Assembly (NCBI GenBank): GCA_965215015.1
Contig: OZ244042.1
Coordinates: 960,001 to 1,024,000 of the forward strand
Direction of reading: 5' to 3'
DNA from: Candidatus Poribacteria bacterium
Lineage (GTDB): Bacteria; Poribacteria; WGA-4E; PCPOR2b
DNA: 64,000 bases
Shown here: in pieces, positions 19,851-29,722 of the stretch
Numbering within the stretch: position 1 is the first letter of the stretch
Layout: every line of letters starts with the position of its first letter
Position numbers and translations under genes: made by a program
Notes under the pieces: model-generated
Told to the model about the DNA's origin: nothing
Databases searched by the model: none
What the model saw: the letters and a program-made list of their open reading frames with translations, nothing else

Positions 19851-21347
19851 ATGGCAAAACCAACGGGATTTATGGAATATGATAGAGAACTTCCGCCCGA
19901 TCGTTCACCATTAGAGCGTATCAAAGACTGGAACGAATTTCACGAACATTTTACGGTAACAAAACTTCAGACACAAGGGGCACGCTGTATGGATTGCGGC
20001 ATCCCGTTCTGTCATACAGGGATGCGATTACCGGAGAATAGCCCTGCGGCATCGGGCTGTCCAATCAACAATCTGATACCGGAATGGAATGACCTCGTCT
20101 ATCGCGGTTTATGGAAAGAGGCGTTGGAACGGCTGCATAAAACGAATAACTTTCCTGAATTCACAGGTCGGGTGTGTCCTGCACCTTGTGAAGGGGCTTG
20201 CGTCTTAGGCCTGATTGAGCCGCCGGTAACAATTAAAAATATTGAGGTCTCAATCATCGATAAGGGTTGGGAGGAAGGTTGGGTTGCTCCTGAGCCGCCC
20301 GCCAAACGTACGGGTAAACGTGTTGCTGTCGTAGGGTCTGGTCCGGCAGGTCTGTCGTGCGCTGCACAACTTAATAGGGCAGGGCATCTCGTCACAGTTT
20401 ACGAACGTGCTGACCGTATCGGTGGATTATTGATGTACGGCATCCCCAACATGAAATTGGACAAAAAAAGAGTTGTCCAACGTCGCATCGATTTAATGGA
20501 AGCGGAGGGGGTCAATTTTATTACCAATACCGAAGTCGGTAAGGATATCTCGGCAAAAGGATTAGTTGACAAGTTCGATGCGGTCGTTCTCTGTGGCGGT
20601 GCTACCAAGCCGCGAGACCTCCCGATCGAAGGTCGAAACCTCAAAGGCATCCATTTTGCTGTGCCGTTCCTTCACGCGAATACCAAAAGTCTCCTCGATT
20701 CTAATCACGAAGATGGAAATTATATCCCTGCCAAAGACAAGCACGTCATCGTTATCGGTGGCGGAGATACGGGCACCGACTGTGTGGGGACCTCCATGCG
20801 CCACGGATGCAAAAGCCTCACCCAGTTTGAGATTCTAGAACGTCCACCCGATGAACGCGCGCCCAATAATCCTTGGCCCGAGTATCCACGGGTTTACCAA
20901 CTCGACTACGGACAGGAAGAAGCCGCCGCCAAATTTGGGGCGGATCCGCGTATCTATCTTATCAACACTATGAAATTTGTCGGCGACGAAAAGGGGCACG
21001 TAAAAGAGCTGCATACCGCCGAGGTCGAGTGGGTACCAGGAGACGGTGGACGTCCTTTCCCTAAGCCAATCGAAGGCACCGAGAAAGTTTGGCCCGCCGA
21101 TTTAGTGCTTTTGGCAATGGGGTTCCTCGGTCCCGAAGATATCATTCTGGAAGAACTAGGCGTCGAGCGCGATGAACGCTCCAACGTCAAAGCGGAAGAG
21201 GATAAATATGCGACCAGTATCCCCGGCGTATTTGCTGCCGGCGACATGCGACGAGGGCAAAGTCTCGTTGTCTGGGCATTCAAAGAGGGACGTGGTGCCG
21301 CCCGCGAAGCGGATCGATACTTAATGGGAACGACGGATTTGCCGTGA
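19851..21347 (+). CDS. gltD: Glutamate synthase small subunit
   Basis: [36 protein letters not shown] and [13 protein letters not shown]. Confidence 0.97.
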   Translation: MAKPTGFMEYDRELPPDRSPLERIKDWNEFHEHFTVTKLQTQGARCMDCGIPFCHTGMRLPENSPAASGCPINNLIPEWNDLVYRGLWKEALERLHKTNNFPEFTGRVCPAPCEGACVLGLIEPPVTIKNIEVSIIDKGWEEGWVAPEPPAKRTGKRVAVVGSGPAGLSCAAQLNRAGHLVTVYERADRIGGLLMYGIPNMKLDKKRVVQRRIDLMEAEGVNFITNTEVGKDISAKGLVDKFDAVVLCGGATKPRDLPIEGRNLKGIHFAVPFLHANTKSLLDSNHEDGNYIPAKDKHVIVIGGGDTGTDCVGTSMRHGCKSLTQFEILERPPDERAPNNPWPEYPRVYQLDYGQEEAAAKFGADPRIYLINTMKFVGDEKGHVKELHTAEVEWVPGDGGRPFPKPIEGTEKVWPADLVLLAMGFLGPEDIILEELGVERDERSNVKAEEDKYATSIPGVFAAGDMRRGQSLVVWAFKEGRGAAREADRYLMGTTDLP

Positions 21348-21444
21348 GATTCCTTAATCAAATCGGACGAACACGAATTGACCTATCGGGGTAAACGAGC
21401 TACAGTGGAGCCGACAGTTCAACGCTGATTGCTTTTCCTTTCGT

Positions 21445-21802
21445 TCGTGGCACCTTACGGACGTGCCAACCTGATGTGTTGTTTATCCACAAAGACAAAT
21501 TGCCCGGCACCAACCTTGATGATCTTGAAGGGCTACAACTCCTTGAGATTACCCCGGATTTGATTGTCGAAGTGCTTTCACCCTCTAATAAAAAAAATGT
21601 GCTGACAGGAAAATTGGCAGATTACCAACGGACCGGTGTCAAAGCGTGTTGGCTAGTCAACCGAGAAGGCAGTTCGGTTGCAGGCTTGCACCTGTCGGCG
21701 GAGAAATCTGAGCGAACGGGGCGCTTTTGCCTAATATTCATGCGATCCGATCCGTTTTCGTCTGACGCAAATAATCCGAAATCCGCCGATATGCAGTGTT
21801 AA
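21445..21802 (+). pseudogene. Uma2-family (PD-(D/E)XK) endonuclease fragment
   Basis: QPDVLFI, PDLIVEVLSPSN and KLADYQ..GV..CWLV. N-terminus missing; C-terminus runs into the convergent gene. Confidence 0.7.
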
Positions 21803-22598
21803 GCCGCTGCATCAGCTCAAGGCTCCCTCCCTTGTCTGGATGATAATTCAACGCAAGTTGACGATACCGCTCCCTCAAGGTATTCAAGTCCACCGAATAA
21901 TTCACACCAAAGAACCGAAAGCTATCCCGCAGTGCATCAGGCATATTTAATATTTGGTTTCTCGTTCCGTCCGGATCTCTCCGCCCAGTAACCTGTCGAC
22001 AAACCCCTTCCAAATACTTATCCAGTCGGACGTTGGGCATCAATCGAATCTCATCCACCTCAAAGAACAGTTCTCCGACACATCTAGCATGAATCGCCAT
22101 TGGGGTTAAGTTCGTCGTTTGAGCGAGGACACCTTCAACATTTTCGATTCGATCGCGTCTCTCTTGAGAAATCGTCTGTTCGTAGTAATCTTGAACTAGA
22201 TTCTGGTAAAGTCCCCACCTGGAAGGCTGTAGACCGATTGCTGCCCAATTTCGTAACCGGTAACCAATGAAGGCATCGAGCACCTCGCGGGCAGCGTAAG
22301 CGGCAATTTCGTTCCGAATCAGTTCCTGATCGGCTATATCAAACCCTTGAAAGACGGAGAAATCTAACTTACGTCGGTAGAAATCGCCTAATATCTCCAA
22401 GTGACAAGTGGATACCAATGACATGGGTGGTTTTATAAAATCGCCCTTCCATGTGCAGAGTTGTCTTTGAAATTGTTGGATATCCGTGAAAGAGATTTGG
22501 GCTGCTGCATCATTCGCACATTTATTGAAAATAGCCCGTAATCGATCCGAGATGGACGCCAATTCGTCAATGAATAAATAACTCTTAACCATTTGCAC
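21738..22598 (-). CDS. J-domain protein (C-terminal J domain, unknown N-terminus)
   Basis: LRERYRQLALNYHPDKGGS.E.MQRLNTAY with intact HPD. Confidence 0.8.
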   Translation of the reverse strand: MQMVKSYLFIDELASISDRLRAIFNKCANDAAAQISFTDIQQFQRQLCTWKGDFIKPPMSLVSTCHLEILGDFYRRKLDFSVFQGFDIADQELIRNEIAAYAAREVLDAFIGYRLRNWAAIGLQPSRWGLYQNLVQDYYEQTISQERRDRIENVEGVLAQTTNLTPMAIHARCVGELFFEVDEIRLMPNVRLDKYLEGVCRQVTGRRDPDGTRNQILNMPDALRDSFRFFGVNYSVDLNTLRERYRQLALNYHPDKGGSLELMQRLNTAYRRISDYLRQTKTDRIA

Positions 22599-22739
22599 AC
22601 CTGTCCAATAAAGAGAGATGATAAAGTATACCGCCTTTTGCTCCTTTTTGCCAGCACTTGTGCTGATGATTTAGCACCGTTATCTCCCCGATTAATTTTT
22701 GGCACAGCAGTGTATTGTTGGCAGCAGCACTCTTCTTTT

Positions 22740-23090
22740 TAGGACTTACGCAGTTGACCCCTCGAAGCCTTGTCGGTCAAGATTCATGTCTCAACACCGA
22801 AATATCCACAGTCTCGATTTGGGAAAATCGACCGACAGCAGGCTTATGTAGGTGCATTTCGCAGTTTAGGCAACCTCGATTTCATCGAGGGCAGGCTCTG
22901 CGCCCCCCTTACAAATTCGGTGAAGATGTCTCGCAACGCCCGATCCATCGGGAAGCTACAGTTCATCCCAAAGTAGGGGGTACGCTCCGCGTGCCCTCCC
23001 CCTGCAAGCAGGGAGAGGAGGTCTTAGGGGGGACACCCCACCGGGTATTTAGCGGAGGGAAGGGGGTTACGATAAACTCAAGTCCCTAAC
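22740..23090. repeat. Nested REP/palindromic repeat cluster
   Basis: TAGGACTTACGCAGTTGA end; GGAAAATCGACCGACAG shared with about 23752; GTAG-type hairpins; C-rich/G-rich CTCCCCCTG...GGGAGAGG...TTAGGGGGG unit. Confidence 0.6.
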
Positions 23091-23160
23091 TCCTACCTTT
23101 TAATAAATCCTAGAACCGTTTACATCGAGAGCTACTGAGGCACAGTTCCCTTGTTTTGTC

Positions 23161-23190
23161 TTGACTTTATAGGGATGCCTTTGCTACAAT
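23161..23190 (+). promoter_or_regulatory. Putative sigma70 promoter upstream of the citrate synthase-icd-mdh cluster
   Basis: TTGACT-N18-TACAAT with TG extension. Confidence 0.5.
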
Positions 23191-23635
23191 AATCTAAGTT
23201 GCTAGTAGTAGGTATACTTCGTATACCGTAACCTCAGAACCTAGCAACTTGAGTTACACTAGAAACCATACCCTGTTTTCGCGTGGAAAATGGGTGCGTT
23301 TTTCCGTTCCATGCAATAGTGGCCGTAACCCCTTGAACACAGGGAGCTACTATTATACTAATCCAAGTTGCCATCTGACCAATCACAATCCAATCGTGGC
23401 GCAGAGCTTGTCCTTAATGAAACCGAGGGTTTCAAGCTGTAACTGTCCCGCAGAGCCTGCCCTCGATGAAATCGGGTTGGGAAACCGGCACCACTATCTA
23501 TAGCCTTGCTCTCCGATAAGATTGGGATTCAAAGCAACTAGGGCTTTGAAGGTCGGGCAGGTTGAAAATTCCGATTTATCGGGGATTTCCAACCTACAGA
23601 TATAGGAGGTTGACTTTTATCGCACTTCACATAAC

Positions 23636-23880
23636 TAGGGCGTGTTGACATTTTGCTGGTGCCAATTCCACAAATGCTGTAAGTCTGTCGAGATTGATAT
23701 CTCGACAAAACACCCGGACTATCGCGCAATGTTCTGGGTATTGTTGATTTTGGAAAATCGACCGACAGTAGGGAAACCCCAAGGATTACCCCTACAAGAA
23801 TCGGCCCAATGTAGGGCCGGTCCTGTGCCTGCCCAAAATACTCTTGGCATGAAGATGGGGTTCAATTTGTCAAATGCCGA
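23636..23880. mobile_element. MITE-like element with IS5-type terminal sequence
   Basis: Left end TAGGGCGTGTTGACATTT, degenerate right end TTTGTCAAATGCC, internal REP hairpins (GTCGAGATTGATATCTCGAC; GTAGGG...CCCTAC). No transposase. Confidence 0.5.
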
Positions 23881-24062
23881 CAGAACCTAATTAACCATTG
23901 AGGGAATCTTTCCTGCACAATGGAAATGAACGATCCGCAGACCTATAAAAATAGAACCGTAACACCGTATATTATTCAAGCGAGCAATTCGAGCAAAGAG
24001 TCATTCCTACCCCAGCCCCCTACACTCCCAGTTCTAATCAGCCCTCGACGAAGGAGATTTTA

Positions 24063-25625
24063 ATGGCACAGAAGATAGCAGCCATGCGAAAGATGTTTTC
24101 AGAGCTCCCTGAAACTTCAGCTTACACCCCGGTGACGGAGGCATTGCAAAGCGCGGGACATTTGGATGCACAGGACATCGCAAATGCTCTCAAAGCGTTT
24201 AGCACCATGCCCCAGTCAACGAGCGTCTTTGCAAATCCGGTCCTACATCACGCAAAAGTGGATTGCAATGGCGCAGATATAACATTGGACATCCGTAGTT
24301 TTGGCATCCGCGGTGTGATTCAAGAGAATGAAATCATTGTCAGTGGACTCGCGCCCGCGTATGTAATCTTTGTCGGTTTGTTCGGCAGAAGGCCCGAAAA
24401 GGTTCAGAGTGGTTTTGATGAAGAGGCAGTACTTAGGGAACTAATTAATCGCAAGTTTTATCGAGTCAGAAGGGTTATCAGGGAAGATACTTCGGGGCGC
24501 AAGACATTAATCGAGCAGGTTGCCAACTTTGTTCAAACATTTCCAGAGCTGGGACCCGAGATTGCAATTCAGCACTTTTCGACACTGCGAAAAGCAAATC
24601 GGGCGAAAAACCGCAGCCCAGAACGTGGGTTGAACGACGAAAGGCGCGAGGGTCGCCTTCTACTTCAAATGATTGGAACACACATGGAGAATGTAGCAGT
24701 AGGCGCAACGTCAGCTTACATGCGCGGTCTACTGCAAAAGAACGCAAATTTAACCCCCAAGCAACTTGCCCACCAAACGGAGACACTCATCACTGAAGAG
24801 GAAAGCGCGGGCAGAACGGCATTTCAGACCTGCTACAGTCTTCTCCTCGGCCACCGTGCAAATGAAGTTGAGAATAAAGCCTTGGAGCGAATGGGAATCA
24901 TACAAACCCACCACGGATCGGCCGGATCCAATATGGTTGCCCGATATATGGCAACGCTACATACTCCCTCTGTCTCTGACTTTTTGATTGCCGCCCACAT
25001 GAACCTTGATGGCGATCGCCATTTTGGTGCAATTCACGACATGACGCACTTTATTAATGCACTCGAGCAACTCCCCCCAGAAAGGCGCGAAGAAGCCATC
25101 CAGAACGAAGTGCTAGGAGGGGGGATACCGACGTTTGGTCACCCGGAAATCGCTGCCGCCGGTAGAGTCGATGAAATTCAGCAAGATCCGAGACCCGCAA
25201 TTTACATTGAACCTGTTTTGCAGGCAATAGATAGTGGGGATCTTACGCTTGACAATAAGCAACAGCAGCGGCTCGGCATGATCCAACGCATCTATCAGAT
25301 TGCGTTTGTCGAAGGCGTAATCAAGCCGGATCGAGAAAAAGATCCACCACTTCGGTTGACGCCAAACACGGATTTCGGTGGTTGGGCAGTTCAAGAAGTG
25401 CTGGGTATCGATGAATTAGATCGAACGCTGCTTACCTATATCTTTAGAGGATTTGGTTGGATGATGGATGCGCGAGAACAATTACAAGACCGTCACATTA
25501 TTCGCCCAGTCATTCCTCCTGACCCTCAGATTATTCCCACAGATGGCAGCGACCCAACCATCCCGGATCTGGTTGTTTCAACTCATAATCGACTGGTTCA
25601 GGAAAACGCTTTTTCCCCGCATTGA
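24063..25625 (+). CDS. Divergent citrate synthase-superfamily protein
   Basis: HHGSAGS, RHFGA, IPTFGH, DPR, PNTDF and FRGFGW correspond to citrate synthase DH.NAS/HGGA/GFGH/DPR/PNVDF/R..GW. Adjacent to icd and mdh. Confidence 0.75.
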   Translation: MAQKIAAMRKMFSELPETSAYTPVTEALQSAGHLDAQDIANALKAFSTMPQSTSVFANPVLHHAKVDCNGADITLDIRSFGIRGVIQENEIIVSGLAPAYVIFVGLFGRRPEKVQSGFDEEAVLRELINRKFYRVRRVIREDTSGRKTLIEQVANFVQTFPELGPEIAIQHFSTLRKANRAKNRSPERGLNDERREGRLLLQMIGTHMENVAVGATSAYMRGLLQKNANLTPKQLAHQTETLITEEESAGRTAFQTCYSLLLGHRANEVENKALERMGIIQTHHGSAGSNMVARYMATLHTPSVSDFLIAAHMNLDGDRHFGAIHDMTHFINALEQLPPERREEAIQNEVLGGGIPTFGHPEIAAAGRVDEIQQDPRPAIYIEPVLQAIDSGDLTLDNKQQQRLGMIQRIYQIAFVEGVIKPDREKDPPLRLTPNTDFGGWAVQEVLGIDELDRTLLTYIFRGFGWMMDAREQLQDRHIIRPVIPPDPQIIPTDGSDPTIPDLVVSTHNRLVQENAFSPH

Positions 25626-25783
25626 AGGACGATATGTGGGAACTGGCGTTTGCGTTGGATTTCCTGAAACCTGATCCCAAGAGTTCACTAGTAATCAGGC
25701 TCATCCGATCTTCGCAGCGGAGCCCCTTGGTAGCTAGTTTCACTGCACGACCTGAACCGTTGTTTTTTAGAAAGGAGCCCAAT

Positions 25784-27007
25784 GTGGTCAACTCAGAAGC
25801 AATCGAGGCCGCAAAAGAACATTTCGGAAACGTCTTACAGCAACAACTTGAGAGAGTCGAGAAACTCAAACAAGAACCAAATTGGACAGATTATAGTTCT
25901 ATTTCGCCTATCATTGTTGGTATGCTCGGTGGTGACGGCATTGGTCCCACGATTAGTGCCGAAACCCAGCGTGTGCTCGAATATCTCCTACGTGACCCGG
26001 TCAGCAGTGGGAAGGTTGAGTTTCGGATAATAGAAGGGCTCACCATTGAAAATCGTGCTGCACAGATGCAGTCAATACCGGACGATGTACTTGAGGAGAT
26101 CAAGGCGTGCCACGTAACGCTAAAAGGACCGACGCACACCCCTGAACAGGGGGATGGATGGCCCAATCTAGAGAGCGCGAACGTCTCTATGCGTAAGTCC
26201 CTTGACCTGTTTGCCAATGTCCGCCCGGTACGCGTCCCTGCTGAAAACATTGACTGGACATTCTTCCGCGAAAACACTGAAGATATGTACGCGGTTGGCA
26301 GCCAAGGTATCAACGTCACCGATGACTTGGGGATAGATTTTCGCGTCATCACCAGCCAAGGGTCTGAGCGGATTATCGAGGCAGCCTTCGCTCACGCGAA
26401 ACGTACCGGCAGAACTAAGGTAACTGTTGTCACGAAAGCAAACATCGTTAAAACGACCGACGGCAAATTTCTCGATTTTGCCCGCCAGATTGCACAACGG
26501 TATCCGGATATTGAATGGGATAGTTGGTACATCGACATTATGACAGCGGCACTGATAAATCCAGCGCGTCAACAGGATTTTCAGGTGCTTGTGCTTCCTA
26601 ACCTTTATGGTGATATCTTGACTGACGAGGCAGCACAGATTCAGGGTGGCGTTGGGACCGCCGGTAGCGCGAATATCGGCAAACAGTATGCCATGTTCGA
26701 GGCGATTCACGGGAGTGCCCCACGAATGGTGCAGGAAGGAAGGGCGCAGTATGCTGACCCAAGCTCTCTCATCCGCGCAGGTGCCATGATGCTCGAACAC
26801 ATCGGATTCGATGAACTTGGTCAAAAGCTACACAAAGCCCTCGACATCTGTGGACAGTACGAGCGTAAGGTCGTTATGACCGGACGCAGCACCGGTGCCA
26901 CTAGCGAGGCATTCGGTGATTACATCATGGAGACAGTTGAGGATGCTAACGTTGAGGCGCGGTGGAAAGAATATATGAACGCACAAAGTGTGAAACGTGA
27001 TGCGTGA
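25784..27007 (+). CDS. icd: Isocitrate dehydrogenase (isocitrate/isopropylmalate family)
   Basis: GDGIGP, LKGP, SANVSMRKSLDLFANVRP, FRENTE, KANIVK, NLYGDILTD and HGSAP. GTG start after AAGGAG; TCA context. Confidence 0.8.
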   Translation: MVNSEAIEAAKEHFGNVLQQQLERVEKLKQEPNWTDYSSISPIIVGMLGGDGIGPTISAETQRVLEYLLRDPVSSGKVEFRIIEGLTIENRAAQMQSIPDDVLEEIKACHVTLKGPTHTPEQGDGWPNLESANVSMRKSLDLFANVRPVRVPAENIDWTFFRENTEDMYAVGSQGINVTDDLGIDFRVITSQGSERIIEAAFAHAKRTGRTKVTVVTKANIVKTTDGKFLDFARQIAQRYPDIEWDSWYIDIMTAALINPARQQDFQVLVLPNLYGDILTDEAAQIQGGVGTAGSANIGKQYAMFEAIHGSAPRMVQEGRAQYADPSSLIRAGAMMLEHIGFDELGQKLHKALDICGQYERKVVMTGRSTGATSEAFGDYIMETVEDANVEARWKEYMNAQSVKRDA

Positions 27008-27078
27008 AATGTGAAAACTATTTGTTCATCGGTTCATCGATGAAGTCGGGATAGGACACCTGACCTACGGGACTTATA

Positions 27079-27161
27079 AAGAAAGACAGTGCAAAGCATG
27101 AAGAGAAACCGAGTTTTTCCGAAAAGACTCGGCTTCTGTTGCAAGATTTCTTAACATGAGC
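27079..27161. repeat. MITE-like repeat family B copy upstream of mdh
   Basis: AAAGACAGTGCAAAGCATGAAGAGAAACCGAGTTTTT...GATTTCTTAACATGAGC, near-identical to 28202-28290. Confidence 0.8.
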
Positions 27162-27235
27162 GTATTTTTATCGAAACACAGAGCAATCAGTAGCAACTTA
27201 TTGTCAAAGTATATAATCTATCATAGGAGAAATGA

Positions 27236-28162
27236 ATGGCTCGAAAAAAAATTAGTGTGATTGGTGCTGGAAATGTCGGCGCGACTGCCGCGTTATTCAT
27301 TGCACAAAAGCAGCTTGGTGATGTCGTGATGGTGGATATCATTGATGGTGTCCCGCAAGGAAAAAGTTTGGATATGGCACAGGCATCGCCCGTTGAAATG
27401 TTTGATGCAAGTGTCACAGGCTCAATAGGTTATGAAGAGACAGCGGGCTCCGACGTTGTGATTATCACCTCCGGATCACCCCGTAAGCCGGGAATGACCC
27501 GCGAAGATCTATTGCAAACAAACGCGAACATCGTTGGCAGCGTCACGGAAAGCGTCGTAAAGCATTCGCCGGATTGCATTATTGTGATGTTGACCAACCC
27601 GTTGGACATCATGACCTACCATGCGTGGAAGGTTTCGGGATTCCCGTCCAACCGCGTGGTTGGACAGGCAGGTGTACTCGATTCAGCACGTTTCCGTTAC
27701 TTCATCTCCCTTGAACTGGGCGTGTCCGTTGAAGATATCAGTGCCCTCGTGATGGGGGGACACGGAGATACGATGGTGCCTCTGCCACGTTACACAACGG
27801 TCGGCGGAATCCCAATTACGCAACTCATATCTGCGGCACGAATTGAGGCATTGGCCCAGCGCACACGAGATGGCGGGGCGGAAGTGGTCGATCTTCTGAA
27901 GACAAGTGGTTACTACGCAGCAGGTGCCTCGCTTGCTCAGATGGCGGATGCAATCATCCGTGACAGAAAACGGCTTATCCCCTGTGCAGCGCATCTGACC
28001 GGACAGTTCGGTATCGACGACCTATATATCGGCGTTCCGATTAAATTGGGTGCGAACGGCGTCGAACAGATTATCGAGGTCGAATTGACTGACGATGAAA
28101 TCCAAGCATTGCAAACATCGGCTCAGACGTATCGTGAAGGGATTGAGTTGCTGGGATACTAA
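27236..28162 (+). CDS. mdh: Malate dehydrogenase (LDH-like)
   Basis: IGAGNVG, PRKPGMTREDLL, TNPLD, LDSARF, GGHGD and RTRDGGAEVV. Confidence 0.95.
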   Translation: MARKKISVIGAGNVGATAALFIAQKQLGDVVMVDIIDGVPQGKSLDMAQASPVEMFDASVTGSIGYEETAGSDVVIITSGSPRKPGMTREDLLQTNANIVGSVTESVVKHSPDCIIVMLTNPLDIMTYHAWKVSGFPSNRVVGQAGVLDSARFRYFISLELGVSVEDISALVMGGHGDTMVPLPRYTTVGGIPITQLISAARIEALAQRTRDGGAEVVDLLKTSGYYAAGASLAQMADAIIRDRKRLIPCAAHLTGQFGIDDLYIGVPIKLGANGVEQIIEVELTDDEIQALQTSAQTYREGIELLGY

Positions 28163-28201
28163 CACCAACATTCACGCTGGACGGTGTGCGTTAAAACTAT
28201 G

Positions 28202-28290
28202 GCTCATGTAAAAAGACAGTGCAAAGCATGAAGAGAAACCGAGTTTTTTCTTGTACTCGGTTTCTGTTGAACGATTTCTGAGCATGAGTC
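28202..28290. repeat. MITE-like repeat family B copy downstream of mdh
   Basis: GCTCATG...CATGAG termini with internal AGAAACCGAG/CTCGGTTTCT stem. Confidence 0.8.
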
Positions 28291-28352
28291 AAAATTGTTC
28301 ACAAAACCTGTACAAAGCCCCATTCCAGTTTGTCAATCAAAAGGAGAACAGG

Positions 28353-29608
28353 TTGAAGATTGCATATTTCGATTGCTTCTCAGGTATCAGTGGAGACATG
28401 GTGCTCGGTGCCTTGGTCGATGCGGGTGTCGATCCAGACGCGCTGAGCACAGAGCTGGCAAAGTTGAAACTGGACGAATTTTCTCTGCGTTTCGAGAAAA
28501 CCACGAAACACAGCATCAGCGGTACATGGGCAGTTGTGGAAACAGATAATCCGGCTGAGAATTCACATGGGCACAGCGATCCTCCGGTGGTACATCACCA
28601 TCACACCCATGACCACGGCCATGAACATCATGATCACTCGCACACGCACGGCCCAAGCCGCCACCTCTCCGATATTTTCGATATTCTGGACAACAGCGAC
28701 CTTGAAGAAGTAATCATTGATTGTACAAAGCGGATCTTTGATCGATTGGCAGCCGCGGAAGCGAAAGTCCACAATATCTCCAAAGATCAGGTGCACCTGC
28801 ACGAAGTTAGCGGCATTGATGCGATTGTAGATATCGTTGGAGCCGTCACTGGACTACACCTTCTAGAAATCAATAAAATCTACGCCTCTCCGCTATCGCT
28901 TGGAGGCGGCTTTGTCCGGTGTGCTCATGGACTCATGCCTGTCCCTGCACCGGGAACAATGGAGCTGCTGTGCGGAGTGCCCATCCGACAGACCGAAATC
29001 CGAAAAGAGCTGGTAACGCCCACCGGCGCAGCCATTATCACGACACTCGCTGATGGATTCGGTACAATGCCAGAGATGACCATTAATCAAATCGGCTACG
29101 GTGCGGGGACACGCAACCTTGAGGAGCAACCGAATCTCTTACGACTATGTATCGGTAAAAAAAAACTATCGAGCAGGATCAGGTCTACGTGATTGAAACC
29201 AACCTCGACGATATGTCACCAGAGATTGCGGGTTACCTGATGGAGCAGCTATTCGAGCGGGGAGCCCTTGACGTTTTCCTGACACCGATTTTCATGAAAA
29301 AAGGGCGTCCGGCGACAAAGCTAAGTGTCCTTTGTACGCCGATGCTTCGCGATGCACTGAGCGAAATGCTTCTCGTAGAAACGACGACGTTTGGCGTCAG
29401 ATGCTACACCGTTGACCGATTAAAACTCACCCGTGATTTTGTCGATATCCAAATGCGATGGGGAACCGTTCGTGCGAAATGCGGGTATTTGGAGGGACAG
29501 TTAATTAAAACGGCTCCCGAATACGAAGATTGCAAGCGGCTTGCCGAGCAACACGGTGTCCCGCTCAGGGAGATCTATGAAGAAGCTATCCGACAGATGG
29601 GCGAATGA
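28353..29608 (+). CDS. larC: Nickel pincer cofactor Ni-insertase LarC, split by a -1 frameshift at an A9 run (29157-29165)
   Basis: AYFDCFSGISGDM, His-rich insert, HLHEV..IDAIVDI, ELVTPTGAA and GYGAG. The -1 frame continues KTIEQDQVYVIETNLDDMSPE...MKKGRP...ETTTFGVR...PEYED. Confidence 0.9.
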
Positions 29609-29722
29609 GCAAACCGCTGAGTCAAGAGTATCCGGGATTACCTATTGAAACCCGCCCTCCGATTCACTTCGTCCCGTCTGCGATATACTGAATTAGTGAA
29701 CTGTCATAAGGTGCGCGAAATC

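Noticed and set aside
15053-21361. Numerous short ORFs overlapping gltB and gltD
   Set aside because: Alternate-frame shadows of well-conserved genes.
22715-23890. Several 63-124 aa ORFs in the intergenic region
   Set aside because: They overlap REP/MITE repeats and lack an RBS or recognisable motifs.
25622-25783. N-terminal extension of the icd ORF overlapping the citrate synthase stop
   Set aside because: A clear RBS precedes GTG 25784 and the extension has no family-like sequence.
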